NCBI GenBank assembly: GCA_964016885.1 | Contig: OZ024743.1 | Span: 130,572,001 to 130,636,000 of the forward strand | DNA from: Eledone cirrhosa | Taxonomy: Eukaryota | Reading direction: 5' to 3' | DNA: 64,000 nucleotides | Part shown: positions 23,201 through 35,900 of the stretch, piece after piece | How the letters are laid out: the number at the start of each line of letters is the position of its first letter | How positions within the stretch are numbered: position 1 is the first letter of the stretch | Notes under the pieces: generated by a model | The model's input: the letters and a program-made list of their open reading frames with translations, nothing else | What the model was told of the DNA's origin: nothing | Database searches by the model: none | Translations under genes and position numbers: made by a program

Positions 23201-26200
23201 CTTGGTGTTTGGTGCCTGGTGCTTGGGGCTTGGTGTTTGGTGTTTGGTGCTTGGTGCTTGGTGTTTGATGTTGGGTCCTTGGTGCTTGGTGTTTGGTGTT
23301 TGGTGCTTGGTGTTTGGTGTTTGGTGCTTGGTGCTTGGTGTTGGTGTTTGGTGCTTGGTGCTTGGGGCTTGGTGTTTGGTGCTTGGTGCTTGGTGTTTGG
23401 TGTTTGGTGCTTGGTGCTTGGGGCTTGGTGTTTGGTGCTTGGTGCTTTGTGCTTGGTGTTTAGTGTTTGGTGTTTGGTGCTTGGTGTTTGGTGCTTGGTG
23501 CTTGGTGCTGGGTGGTTGGTGTTTGGTGCTTGGTGCTTGGTGTTTGGTGCTTGGTGCTTGGTGCTTGTTGTTTGGTGCTTGGTGCTTGGTGCTTGGTCTT
23601 TGGTGCTTGGAGTTTGGTGGTTGGTGCTTGGTGCTTGGTGTTTGGTGTTTGGTGTTTGCTGTTTGGTGTCTGCTTTTTGGTATTTAGTGTTTGCTGTATG
23701 GTGTTTGCTGTTTCGTATTTGGTGCTTGGTGTTTGGTGCTTGGTGCTTGGTGTTTGGCGTTTGGTGCTTGGTGCTTGGTGTTTGGTGCTTGGTGCTTGGT
23801 GTTTGGTGTTTGGTGCTTGGTGCCTGGTGCTTGTTGTTTGGTGTTTGGTGCTTGGTGCTTGGTGTTTGGTGTTTAGTGCTTGGTGTCTGGTGTTTGGTGC
23901 TTGGTGTTTGGTGTTTGGTGCTTGGTGCTTGGTGTTGGTGTTTGGTGTTTGGTGCTTGGTGCTTGGTGTTTGGTGTTTGGTGCTGGGTGCTTGGAGTTTG
24001 GTGCTTGGTGTTTGGTGCTTAGTGCTTGGTGTTTGGTGTTTGGTGCTTGGTGTTTGGTGTTTGGTGTTTGACGCTTGGTTTTTGCTGCTTGTTGCTTGGT
24101 GCTTGGTGCTTGGTGTTCTGTGTTTGGTGCTTGGTGCTTGGTGCCTGGTGCTTGGTGCTTGGTGCTTGTTGTTTGGTGCTGGGTGCTTGGTGATTAGTGT
24201 TTGGTGCTTGGTGCTTGGTGTTTGGTGTTTGGTGTTTCGTGCTTGGTGTCTAGTGTTTGGGTTTTGGTGTTTGGTGCTTGGTGCTTAGTGTTTGGTGTTT
24301 GTGCTTGGTGCTTGGTGTTTGGTGTTTGGTGCTTGGTGTTTGGTTCTTGGTGCTTTGTGCCTGCTGTTTGGTGCTAGGTGTATGGTGTTTGGTGCTTGGT
24401 GCTTGGTGTTTGGTGTTTGGTGTTTGGTGTATGGTGTTTGATGCTTGTTGCTTGGTGCTTGATGTTTTGTGTTTGGTGTTTGGTGCTTGGTGTATGTACT
24501 TGGTGCTTGGTGCTTGGTGTTTGGTGTTTGGTTCTTGGTGCTTGGTGCTTGGTGCTTGGTGCTTGGTGTTTGGTGCTTGGTGCTTGGTGTTTGGTGCTTG
24601 GTGTTTGGTGTTTGGTGCTTGGTGTTTGGTACTTGGTGCTTGGTGCTTGGTGTTAAGTGTTTGGTGCTTGGTGTTTGGTGCTTCGTGCTTGGTGCTTGGT
24701 GTTTGGTGGATGGTGCTTGGTGTTTGGGGCTTGGTGCCTGGTGCTTTGTGTTTGGTGCTAGGTGCTTGGTGCTTGGTCTTTGGTGTTTGGTGCTTGGTGC
24801 TTGGTGCTTGGTGCTTGGTGCTTGGTGTTTGGTGCTTGGTGCTTGGTGCTTGGTGCTTGGCGTTTGCTCTTTGCTGTTTGGTGTTTGGTGCTTGGTGTTT
24901 GGTCTTTGGTGTTTGGTGCTTGGTGCTTGGCGTTTGGTGCTTGGTGCTTGGTGCTGGGTGTTTGGTGCTTGGTGCTTGGTGTTTGGTGCTTGGTGCTTGA
25001 TGCTTGGTGCTTGGTGTTTGGTCCTTGGTGCTTGGTGCTTGGTCTTTGGTGCTTGGGGTTTGGTGTTTGGTGCTTGGTGCTTGGTGTTTGGTGCTTGGTG
25101 CTTGGTGCTTGGTGTTTGGTGTTTGGTGCTTGCTGCTTGGTGCTTGGTGTTTGGTGCTTGGTGCTTGGTGATTAGTGTTTGGTGCATGGTGCTTGGTGTT
25201 TGTTGTTTGGTGCTTGGTGCTTGGTGTTTGGTGCTTGGTGCTTGCTGTTTGGTGTTTGGTGTTTGGTGCTTGGTGCTTGGTGTTTGGTGTTTGGTATTTG
25301 GTGTTTGGTGTTTGGTGCTTGGTGCTTGGTGTTTGGTGCTTGGTGCTTGGTGCTTGGTGCTTGGTGTTTGGTGCTTGGTTCTTGGTGTTTGGTGCTTGGT
25401 GCTTGGTGCTTGGTGTTTGGTGCTTGGTGCTTGGTGTTTGGTACTTGGTGCTTGGTGTTTGGTGTTTGGTGCTTGGTGTTTGGTGCTTGGTGCTTGGTGC
25501 TTGGTGTTAAGTGTTTGGTGCTTGGTGCTTGGTGTTTGGTGCTTCGTGCTTGGTGCTTGGTGTTTGGTGCATGGTGCTTGATGTTTGGGGCTTGGTGCCT
25601 GGTGCTTGGTGTTTGGTGCTTGGTGCTTGGTGCTTGGTGTTTGGTGTTTGGTGCTTGGTGCTTGGTGTTTGGTGCTTGGTGTTTGGTGCTTGGTGTTCGG
25701 TGCTTGGTGCTTGGTGCTTGGTACTTGGTGTTAGGTTTTTGGTGCTTGGGGCTTGGTGTTTCATGTTTGGTCCTTGGTGCTTGGTGTTTGGTGTTTGGTG
25801 CTTGGTGCTTGGTGTTTCGTGTTTGGTGCTTGCCGCTTGCTGCTTGGTGTTTGGTGCTTGGTGATTGGTGCTTGGTGTTTGGTGCTTGGTGGTTGGTGCT
25901 TGGTGTTTGGTGTTTGGTTCTAGGTGCTTGGTGCTTGGTGTTTGGTGCTTGGTGCTTGGTGTTTGGTGTTTGGTGCTTGGTGCTTGGGGCTTGGTGTTTG
26001 GTGCTCGCTGCTTGGTGTTTGGTGCTTGCTGCTTGGTGTTTGGTGTTTGGTGTTTGGTGCTTGGTGTTTGGTGCTTGGTGCTTGGTGCTGGGTGGTTGAT
26101 GTTTGGTGCTTGGTGCTTGGTGTTTGGTGCATGGTGTTTGGTGTTTGGTTCTAGGTGCTTGGTGCTTGGTGTTTGGTGCTTGGTGCTTGGTGCTTGGTGT

Positions 26201-29200
26201 TTGGTGTTTGGTGCTTGGTGCTTGGTGTTTGGTGCTTGGTGCTTGGTGCTTGGTGTTCGGTGCTTGGTGCTAGGTGCTTGGTACTTGGTGTTAGGTTTTT
26301 GGTGCTTGGGGCTTGGTGTTTGATGTTTGGTCCTTGGTGCTTGGTGTTTGGTGTTTGGTGCTTGGTGCTTGGTGCTTGGTGTTTCGTGTTTGGTGCTTGC
26401 TGCTTGCTGCTTGGTGTTTGGTGCTTGGTGATTGGTGCTTGGTGTTTGGTGCTTGGTGGTTGGTGCTTGGTGTTTGGTGTTTGGTGCTAGGTGCTTGGTG
26501 CTTGGTGTTTGGTGCTTGGTGCTTGGTGTTTGGTGTTTGATGATTGGTGCTTGGGGCTTGGTGTTTGGTGTTTGCTGTTTGCTGTTTGGTGTTTGGTATT
26601 TGCTGTTTGGTGTTTGCTGTTTGGTGTTTGGTGCTTGGTGCTTGGTGGCTGGTGTTCGGTGCTTGGTGTTTGGATTTTGGTCCTTGGTGCTTGGTGCCTG
26701 GTGTTTCGTGCTTGGTGCTTGGTGTTTGGTGTTTGGTATTTGGTGCTTGGTGCTTGGTGCTTGGTGTTTGGTGGTTGGTGCTTGGTGCTTGGTGTTTAAT
26801 GCTGCGTGCTTGGTGTTTGGTGTTTGGTGCTTGGTGCTTGGTGTTTGGTGATTGGAGCTTGGTGCCTGGTGCTTGTTGTTTGGTGCCTGGTGCTTGTTGT
26901 TTGGTGTTTGGTGCTTGGTGCTTGGTGTTTGGTGCTTGGTGCTTGGTGCTTGATGTTTGGTGCTTGGTGCTTGGTGTTTGGTGCTTGGTGCTTGGTGCTT
27001 GGTGCTTGGTGTTAGGTGTTTGGTGCTTGGTGCTTGGTGTTTGATGTTTGGTCCTTGGTGCTTGGTGTTTGGTGTTTGGTGCTTGGTGCTTGGTGTTTGG
27101 TGTTTTGTGTTTGGAGTTTGGTGCTTGGTGTTTGGTGCTTCGGGCTTGGTGCTTGGTGTTTGGTGCTTGGTGCTTGGTGTTTGGTGCTTGGTGCCTGGTG
27201 CTTGGTGTTTGGTGCTTGGTGCTTGGTGTTTGGTGATTGGTGCTTGGTGTTTGGTGCTTGGTGCTTGGTGCCTGGTGCTTGGTGTTAGGTGTTTGGTGCT
27301 TGGTGCTTGGTTTTTGATGTTTGGTCCTTGGTGCTTGGTGTTTGGTGTTTGGTGCTTGGTGTTTGGTGTTTGGTGTTTGGTGCTTGGTGCTTGGTGTTTG
27401 GTGCTTGCTGCCTGCTGCATGGGTTTTGGTGCTTGGTGATTGGTGCTTGGTGTTTTGCGCTTGGTGCTTGGTGTTTGGTGTTTGGTGTTTGGTGCTTGGT
27501 GCTTGGTGCTTGGTGCTTGGTGTTTGGTGCTGCGTGCTTGGTGTTTGGTGTCTGGAGTTAGGTGCTTGGTGCTTGGTGCCTGGTGTTTCGTGCTTGGTGC
27601 TTGGTGCTTGGTGTTTGGTGTTTGGTGCTTGGTGTTTGGTGCTTGGTGCCTGGTGCTTGGTGTTTGGTGCTTGGAGCTTGGTGTTTGGTGATTGGTGCTT
27701 GGTGTTTGGTGATTGGTGCTTGATGCTTGGTTCTTGGCGTTAGGTGTTTGGTGCTTGGTGCTTGGTGTTTGATGTTTGGTCCTTGGTGCTTGGTGTTTGG
27801 TGTTTGGTGCTTGGTGCTTGTTGTTTGGTGTTTGGTGCTTGCTGCTTGCTGCTTGGTGTTTGGTGCTTGGTGTTTTGTGCTTGATGCTTGGTGTTTGTTG
27901 TTTGGTGCTAGGGGCTTAGTGCTTGGTGCTTGGTGTTTGGTGCTTGGTGCTTGCTGTTTGGTGTTTGGTGCTTGGTGCGTGGGACTTAGTGTTTGGTGTT
28001 TGGTGCTTGGTGTTTGGTGCTTGGTGTTTGGGGCTTGGTGTTCGGTGCTTGGTGCCTGGTGCTTGGGGCTTGGTGTTTGGTGCTTGGTGTTTGGTGCTTG
28101 GTGCTTGATGTTTGGTGTTTGGTTCTTGGTGCTTGGTGTTTGGTGTTTGGTGTTTGGTGCTTGGTGCTTGGTGCTTGGTGTTTGGTGCTTGGTGCATGGT
28201 GCTTGGTGCTGCGTGCTTGGTGTTTGGTGTTTGGTGCTTGGTGCCTGGTGCTTGTTGTTTGGTGTTTGGTGCTTAATGCTTGGTGTTTGGTGTTTGGTGC
28301 TTGGTGCTTGGTGGCTGGTGTTTGGTGCTTGGTGTTTGGAGTTTGCTGCTTGGTGCTTGGTGCCTGGTGTTTCGTGCTTGGTGCTTGGTGCTTGGTGTTT
28401 CGTGTTTGGTGCTTGGTGTTTGGTGCTTGGTGTTTGATGCTGCGTGCTTGGTGTTTGGTGTTTGGTGCTTGGTGCTTGGTGCCTGGTGTTTCGTGCTTGG
28501 TGTTTGGTGCTTGGTGCTTGGTGCTTGGTGCTTGGTGTTTGGTGCTTGGTGTTTGGAGTTTGCTGCTTGGTGCTTGGTGCCTGGTGTTTCGTGCTTGGTG
28601 TTTGGTGCTTGGTGCTTGGTGCTTGGTGCCTGGTGTTTGGTGCTTGGTGTTTGATGCTGCGTGCTTGGTGTTTGGTGTTTGGTGCTTGGTGCTTGGTGTT
28701 TGGTGTTTGGAGCTTGGTGCCTGGTGCTTGTTGTTTGGTGTTTGGTGCTTGGTGCTTGGTGATTGGTTTTTGGTGCTTGGTGCTTGGTGCTTGGTATCTG
28801 GTGTTTGGTGCTTGATGTTTGGTGTTTGGTGCTTGCTGCTTGGCGCTTGGTGTTTGGTGTTTGGTGCTTGGTGCTTGGTGTTTGGTGCTTGGTGTTTGTT
28901 GTTTTGTGTTTGGTGTTTGGTGCTTGGTACCTGGTGCTTGGTGCTTGGTGCTTGTTGTTTGGTGCTTGGTGCTTGGTGATTAGTGTTTGGTGCTTGGTGC
29001 TTGCGGTTTGGTGTTTGGTGCTTGGGGTTTGGTGTTTGCTGCTTGGTGCTTGGTGTTTGGTGCTTTGTGCTTGGTGCTTGGTGTTTGGTGCTTGGTGCTT
29101 GGAGTTTGGTGCTTGGTGCTTGGTGTTTGGTGTTTGGCATTTGCTGTTTGCTGTTTGCTTTTTGGTGTTTGCTGTTTGCTGTTTGCTGTTTGGTGTTTGC

Positions 29201-32200
29201 TGTTTGGTGCTTGATGTTTGGTGCTTGGTGCTTGGCGTTTGGTGTTTGGTGTTTGGTGCTTGGTGCTTGGTGTTTGGTGCTTGGTGCTTGGTGCTGGGTG
29301 TTTGGTGCTTGGTGCTTGGTGTTTGGTGCTTGGTGCTTGTTGCTTGGTGTTTGGTCCTTGGTGCTTGGTGCTTGGGTTTTGGTGTTTGGTGCTTGCTGTT
29401 TGGTGCTTGCTGTTTGGTGCTTGGTGCTTGGTGATTCGTGTTTGGTGATTGGTGCTTGGGGTTTGGTGTTTGGTGCTTGGTGTTTGGTGCTTGGTGCTTG
29501 CTGTTTGGTGTTTGGTGTTTGGTTTTGGTGCTTGGTGTTTGATGTTTGGTGTTTGGTGCTTGGTGCTTGGTGTTTGGTGCTGCGTGCTTGGTGTTTGGTG
29601 TTTGGTGCTTGGTGCCTGGTGCTTGTTGTTTGGTGTTTGGTGCTTAGTGCTTGGTGTTTGGTGTTTGGTGCTTGGTGGCTGGTGCTTGGTGCTTGGTGTT
29701 TCGTGCTTGGGGCTTGGTGCTTGGTGTTTGGTGTTTGGTGCTTGGTGTTTGGTGTTTGGTACTTGGTGCTTGGTGCTTGGTGCTTGGTGTTTGGTGCTTG
29801 GTGTTTGATGCTGCGTGCTTGATGTTTGGTGTTTGGTGCTTGGTACTTGGTGCTTGGTGTTTGGTGTTTGGTGCTTGGTGCTTGGTGTTTGGTGCTTGGT
29901 GTTTGGTGTTTGGTGTTTGATGCTTGGTGTTTGCTGCTTGGTGCTTGGTGCTTGGTGTTTTGTGTTTTGTGCTTGGTACTTGGTGATTAGTGTTTGGTGC
30001 TTGGTGCTTGCGGTTTGGTGTTTGGTGCTTGGGGTTTGGTGTTTGGTGCTTGGTGCTTGCTGCTTGGTGCTTGGTGCTTGGTGCTTGGTGTTTGGTGTTT
30101 GGTGCTTGGGGTTTGGTGTTTGGTGCTTGGTGCTTGGAGTTTGGTGCTTGGTGCTTGGTGTTTGGAGTTTGGTGCTTGGTGCTTGGTGCCTGGTGCTTGT
30201 TGTTTGGTGTTTGAAGCTTAGTGGTTGGTGTTTGGTGTTTGGTGCTTGGTGCTTGGTGGCTGGTGTTTGGTGCTTGGTGTTTGGAGTTTGGTGTTTGGTG
30301 CTTGGTGCCTGGTGTTTCGTGCTTGGTGCTTGGTGCTTGGTGTCTGGTGTTTGGTGCTTGGTGTTTGGTGTTTGGTACTTGGTGCTTGGTGCTTGGTGCT
30401 TGGTGTTTGGTGCTTGGTGTTTGATGCTGCGTGCTTGGTGTTTGGTGTTTGGTGCTTGGTGCTTGGTGTTTGGTATTTGGAGCTTGGTGCCTGGTGCTTG
30501 TTGTTTGGTGTTTTGAGCTTGGTGCTTGGTGTTTGGTGTTTGGCGTTTGGTGCTTGGTGCTTGGTATCTGGTTTTTGGTGCTTGATGTTTGGTGTTTGGT
30601 GCTTGGTGCTTGGTGCTTGGTGTTTGGTGTTTGGTGCTTGGTGCTTGGTGTTTGGTGCTTGGTGTTTGGTGTTTCGTGTTTGATGCTTGGTGTTTGCTGC
30701 TTGGTGCTTGGTGATTGGTGTTTTGTGTTTGGTGCTTGGTGCTTGGTGCCTGCTGCTTGGTGCTTGGTGCTTGTTGTTTGGTGCTTGGTGCTTGGTGATT
30801 AGTGTTTGGTGCTTGGTGCTTGTGGTTTGGTGTTTGGTGCTTGGGGTTTGGTATTTGGTGCTTGGTGCTTGGTGTTTGGTGCTTGGTGCTTGGTGCTTGG
30901 TGTTTGGTGCTTGGTGCTTGGTGTTTGGTGCTTGGTGCTTGGTGTTTGGTGTTTGGCGTTTGCTGTTTGCTGTTTGGTGTTTGGTGTTTGCTGTTTGGTG
31001 TTTGCTGTTTGGTGTTTGGTGTTTGGTGCTTGCTGTTTGGTGCTTGGTGCTTGGTGTTTGGTGTTTGGTGTTTGGTGCTTGGTGCTTGGTGTTTGGTGCT
31101 TGGTGCTTGGTGCTGGGTGTTTGGTGCTTGGTGCTTGGTGTTTGGTGCTTGGTGCTTGGTGCCTGGTGTTTGGTCCTTGGTGCTTGGTGCTTGGTGCTTG
31201 GTGCTTGCTGTTTGGTGTTTGGTGTTTGCTTCTTGGTGCTTGGTGTTTGGTGTTTGGTGTTTGGTGCTTGGTGCTTGGTGCTTGGTGTTTGGTGCTTGGT
31301 GCTTGGTGATTAGTGTTTGGTGATTTGTGCTTGGGGTTTGGTGTTTGGTGCTTGGTGTTTGGTGCTTGGTGCTTGCTGTTTGGTGTTTGGTGTTTGGTTC
31401 TTCGTGCTTGGTGTTTGGTGTTTGGTGTTTGGTGCTTGGTGCTTGGTGCTTGGTGTTTGGTGCTGCGTGCTTGGTGTTTGGTGTTTGGTGCTTGGTGCCT
31501 GGGGCTTGTTGTTTGGTGTTTGGTGCTTAGTGCTTGGTGTTTGGTGTTTGGTGCTTGGTGCTTGGTGGCTGGTGCTTGGTGCTTGGTGTTTGGAGATTGG
31601 TGCTTGGTGCTTGGTGCCTGGTGTTTCGTGCTTGGTGCTTGGTGCTTGGTGTTTGGTGTTTGGTGTTTGGTGTTTGGTGTTTGGTACTTGGTGCTTGGTG
31701 CTTGGTGTTTGGTGCTTGGTGTTTGGTGATTGGTGCTTGGTGCTTGGTGCTTGGTGCTTGGTGTTAGGTGTTTGGTCCTTGGTGCTTGTTGTTTGGTGTT
31801 TTGTGCTTGGTGCTTGGCGTTTGGTGTTTGGCGCTAGGGGCTTGGTGCTTGATGCTTGGTGTTTGGTGCTTGGTGCTTGCTGTTTGGTGTTTGGTGCTTG
31901 GTGCGTGGGACTTAGTGTTTGGTGTTTGGTGTTTGGTGTTTGGTGCTTGGTGTTTGGTGCTTGGTGCTTGGTGTTTGGTGTTTGGTGCTTAGTGCTTGGG
32001 GCTTGGTGTTTGGTGCTTGGTGTTTGGTGTTTGGTGCTTGGTGCTTGGTGTTTGGCGCTTGGTGCTTGGTGCTTGGTGTTTGGTGCTTGGTGCTTGGGGC
32101 TTGGTGCTTGGTGATTAGTGTTTGGTGCTTGGTGCTTGGTGCCTGGTGCTTGGTGCTTGGTGCTTGTTGTTTGGTGCTTGGTGTTTGGTGCTTGGTGTTT

Positions 32201-32949
32201 GGTGCTTGGTGCTTGTTGTTTGGTGCTTGGTGTTTGGTGCTTGGTGTTTGGTGCTTGGTGCTTGGTGTTTGGTGTTTGGTGCTTGGTGCTTGGGGCTTGG
32301 TCTTTGGTGCTTAGTGTTTGGTGCTTGGTGTTTGGTGCTTGGTGCTTGGTGCTTGGTGTTTGGTGTTTGGTGTTTGGTGCTTGGTGTTTGGTGCTTGGTG
32401 CTTGGTGCTGGGTGGTTGGTGTTTGGTGTTTGTTGCTTGGTGCTTCGTGCTTATTGTTTGGTGCTTGGTGCTTGGTGCTTGGTGCTTGGTCTTTGGTGCT
32501 TGGTGTTTGGTGTTTGGTACTTGGTGCCTTGTGTTAGGCGCTTGGTGCTTGGTGCTTGGTGTTTGGTGCTTGGTGTTTGGTGCTTGGTGATTAGTGTTTG
32601 GTGCTTGGTGCTTGGTGCCTGGTGCTTGGTGCTTGGTGCTTGATGTTTGGTGCTTGGTGCTTGGTGATTAGTGTTTGGTGCTTGGTGCTTTGGGTTTGGT
32701 GTTTGGTGCTTGGGGTTTGGTGTTTGGTGCTTGGTGCTTGGTGTTTGGTGCTTGGTGCTTGGTGTTTGGTGCTTGGTGCTTTGTGTTTGGTGCTTTGTGT
32801 TTGGTGCTTGGTGCTTGGTGCTTGGTTCTTGGTGTTAGGTGTTTGGTGCTTGGTGATTGGTGTTTGATGTTAGGTTCTTGGTGCTTGGTGTTTGGTGCTT
32901 GCTGCTTGGTGCTTGGTGTTTTGTGTTTGGAGTTTGCTGCTTGGGGTTT

Positions 32950-35900
32950 GGTGCTTCGGTCTTGGTGTTTGGTGTTTGGTGCTTGGTGCCTGGGGCTTGT
33001 TGTTTGGTGTTTGGTGCTTAGTGCTTGGTGTTTGGTGTTTGGTGCTTGGTGCTTGGTGGCTGGTGCTTGGTGCTTGGTGTTTGCAGTTTGGTGCTTGGTG
33101 CTTGGTGCCTGGTGTTTCGTGCTTGGTGCTTGGTGTTTGGTGTTTGGTGTTTGGTGCTTGGTGTTTGGTGTTTGGTACTTGGTGCTTGGTGCTTGGTGTT
33201 TGGTGCTTGGTGTTTGGTGCTTGGTGCTTGGTGCTTCGTGCTTGGTGTCAGGTGTTTGGTGCTTGGTGCTTGGTGTTTGATGTTTGGTCCTTGGTGCTTG
33301 TTGTTTGGTGTTTGGTGCTTCGTGCTTGGTGTTTGGTGTTTGGTGCTTGCTGCTTGCTGCTTGGTGTTTGGTGCTTGGTGATTGGTGCTTGGTGTTTTGT
33401 GCTTGGTGCTTGGTGTTTGGTGTTTGCTGCTAGGGGCTTGGTGCTTGATGCTTGGTGTTTGGTGCTTGGTGCTTGCTGTTTGGTGTTTGGTGCTTGGTGC
33501 GTGGGACTTAGTGTTTGGTGTTTGGTGCTTGGTGTTTGGTGCTTGGTGTTTGGTGCTTGGTGCTTGGTGTTTGGTGTTTGGTGCTTGGTGCTTGGGGCTT
33601 GGTCTTTGGTGCTTAGTGTTTGGTGCTTGGTGTTTGGTGCTTGGTGCTTGGTGCTTGGTGTTTGGTGTTTGGTGTTTGGTGCTTGGTGTTTGGTGCTTGT
33701 TGCTTGGTGCTGGGTGGTTGGTGTTTGGTGTTTGGTGCTTGGTGCTTGGTGCTTTTTGTTTGGTGCTTGGTGCTTGGTGCTTGGTGCTTGGTCTTTGGTG
33801 CTTGGTGTTTGGTGTTTGGTGCTTGGTGCCTGGTGTTTGGCGCTTGGTGCTTGGTGCTTGGTGTTTGGTGCTTGGTGTTTGGTGCTTGGTGATTAGTGTT
33901 TGGTGCTTGGTGCTTGGTGCCTGGTGCTTGGTGCTTGGTGCTTGATGTTTGGTGCTTGGTGCTTGGTGATTAGTGTTTGGTGCTTGGTGCTTTGGGTTTG
34001 GTGTTTGGTGCTTGGGGTTTGGTGTTTGGTGCTTGGTGCTTGGTGTTTGGTGCTTGGTGCTTGGTGTTTGGTGCTTGGTGCTTTGTGTTTGGTGCTTGGT
34101 GTTTGGTGCTTGGTGCTTGGTGCTTGGTGCTTGGTGTTAGGTGTTTGGTGCTTGATGATTGGTGTTTGATGTTAGGTTCTTGGTGCTTGGTGTTTGGTGC
34201 TTGGTGCTTGGTGCTTGGTGTTTGGTGCTTGGTGCTTGGTGCTTGGTGTTTGGTGCTTGGTGCTTGGTGTTTGGTGTTTGGTGCTTGGGGTTTGGTGTTT
34301 GGTGCTTGGTGCTTGGAGTTTGGTGCTTGGTGCTTGGTGTTTGGAGTTTGGTGCTTGGTGCTTGGTGCCTGGTGCTTGTTGTTTGGTGTTTGGTGCTTAG
34401 TGGTTGGTGTTTGGTGTTTGGTGCTTGGTGTTTGGTGGCTGGTGTTTGGTGCTTGGTGTTTGGAGTTTGGTGTTTGGTGCTTGGTGCCTGGTGTTTCGTG
34501 CTTGGTGCTTGGTGCTTGGTGTCTGGTGTTTGGTGCTTGGTGCTTGGTGTTTGGTGTTTGGTGCTTGGGGTTTGGTGTTTGGTGCTTGGTGCTTGGAGTT
34601 TGGTGCTTGGTGCTTGGTGTTTGGAGTTTGGTGCTTGGTGCTTGCTGCCTGGTGCTTGTTGTTTGGTGTTTGGTGCTTAGTGGTTGGTGTTTGGTGTTTG
34701 GTGCTTGGTGCTTGGTGGCTGGTGTTTGGTGCTTGGTGTTTGGAGTTTGGTGTTTGGTGCTTGGTGCCTGGTGTTTCGTGCTTGGTGCTTGGTGCTTGGT
34801 GTCTGGTGTTTGGTGCTTGGTGTTTGGTGTTTGGTACTTGGTGCTTGGTGCTTGGTGCTTGGTGTTTGGTGCTTGGTGTTTGATGCTGCGTGCTTGGTGT
34901 TTGGTGTTTGGTGCTTGGTGCTTGGTGTTTGGTATTTGGAGCTTGGTGCCTGGTGCTTGTTGTTTGGTGTTTGGTGCTTGGGGCTTGGTGTTTGGTGTTT
35001 GGCGTTTGGTGCTTGGTGCTTGGTATCTGGTGTTTGGTGCTTGATGTTTGGTGTTTGGTGCTTGGTGCTTGGTGTTTGGTGTTTGGTGCTTGGTGCTTGG
35101 TGTTTGGTGCTTGGTGTTTGGTGCTTGGTGTTTGATGCTTGGTGTTTGCTGCTTGGTGCTTGGTGCTTGGTGTTTTGTGTTTGGTGCTTGGTGCTTGGTG
35201 CCTGCTGCTTGGTGCTTGGTGCTTGTTGTTTGGTGCTTGGTGCTTGGTGATTAGTGTTTGGTGCTTGGTGCTTGCGGTTTGGTGTTTGGTGCTTGGGGTT
35301 TGGTGTTTGGTGCTTGGTGCTTGGTGTTTGGTGCTTGGTGCTTGGTGCTTGGTGTTTGGTGCTTGGTGCTTGGTGTTTGGTGCTTGGTGCTTGGTGTTTG
35401 GTGTTTGGCGTTTGCTGTTTGCTGTTTGGTGTTTGGTGTTTGCTGTTTGGTGTTTGCTGTTTGGTGTTTGGTGTTTGGTGCTTGCTGTTTGGTGCTTGGT
35501 GCTTGGTGTTTGGTGTTTGGTGTTTGGTGCTTGGTGCTTGGTGTTTGGTGCTTGGTGTTTGGTGCTTCGGTCTTGGTGTTTGGTGTTTGGTGCTTGGTGC
35601 CTGGGGCTTGTTGTTTGGTGTTTGGTGCTTAGTGCTTGGTGTTTGGTGTTTGGTGCTTGGTGCTTGGTGGCTGGTGCTTGGTGCTTGGTGTTTGCAGTTT
35701 GGTGCTTGGTGCTTGGTGCCTGGTGTTTCGTGCTTGGTGCTTGGTGCTTGGTGTTTGGTGTTTGGTGCTTGGTGTTTGGTGTTTGGTACTTGGTGCTTGG
35801 TGCTTGGTGTTTGGTGCTTGGTGTTTGGTGCTTGGTGCTTGGTGCTTCGTGCTTGGTGTCAGGTGTTTGGTGCTTGGTGCTTGGTGTTTGATGTTTGGTC

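Larger units (their letters stand above)
1..26300 (+). repeat. Left satellite sub-family domain
   Basis: Diagnostic variants seen only here: GTATGTAC (last ~24494), GTTAAG (last ~25508), TTAGGTTTTTGG (last ~26291), TTGCTCTTTGCTG (last ~24865), CTTAACGC (3350-12955). Confidence 0.75.

Noticed and set aside
25507-27420. 637-aa minus-strand ORF (KHQAPST/KHQTPNT repeats), superficially mucin-like; also 27986-29140 and 24285-25187
   Set aside because: The minus strand is almost T-free, so it lacks stops by composition. There is no unique N- or C-terminal domain or signal peptide, and this stretch simply lacks register-shifting indels.
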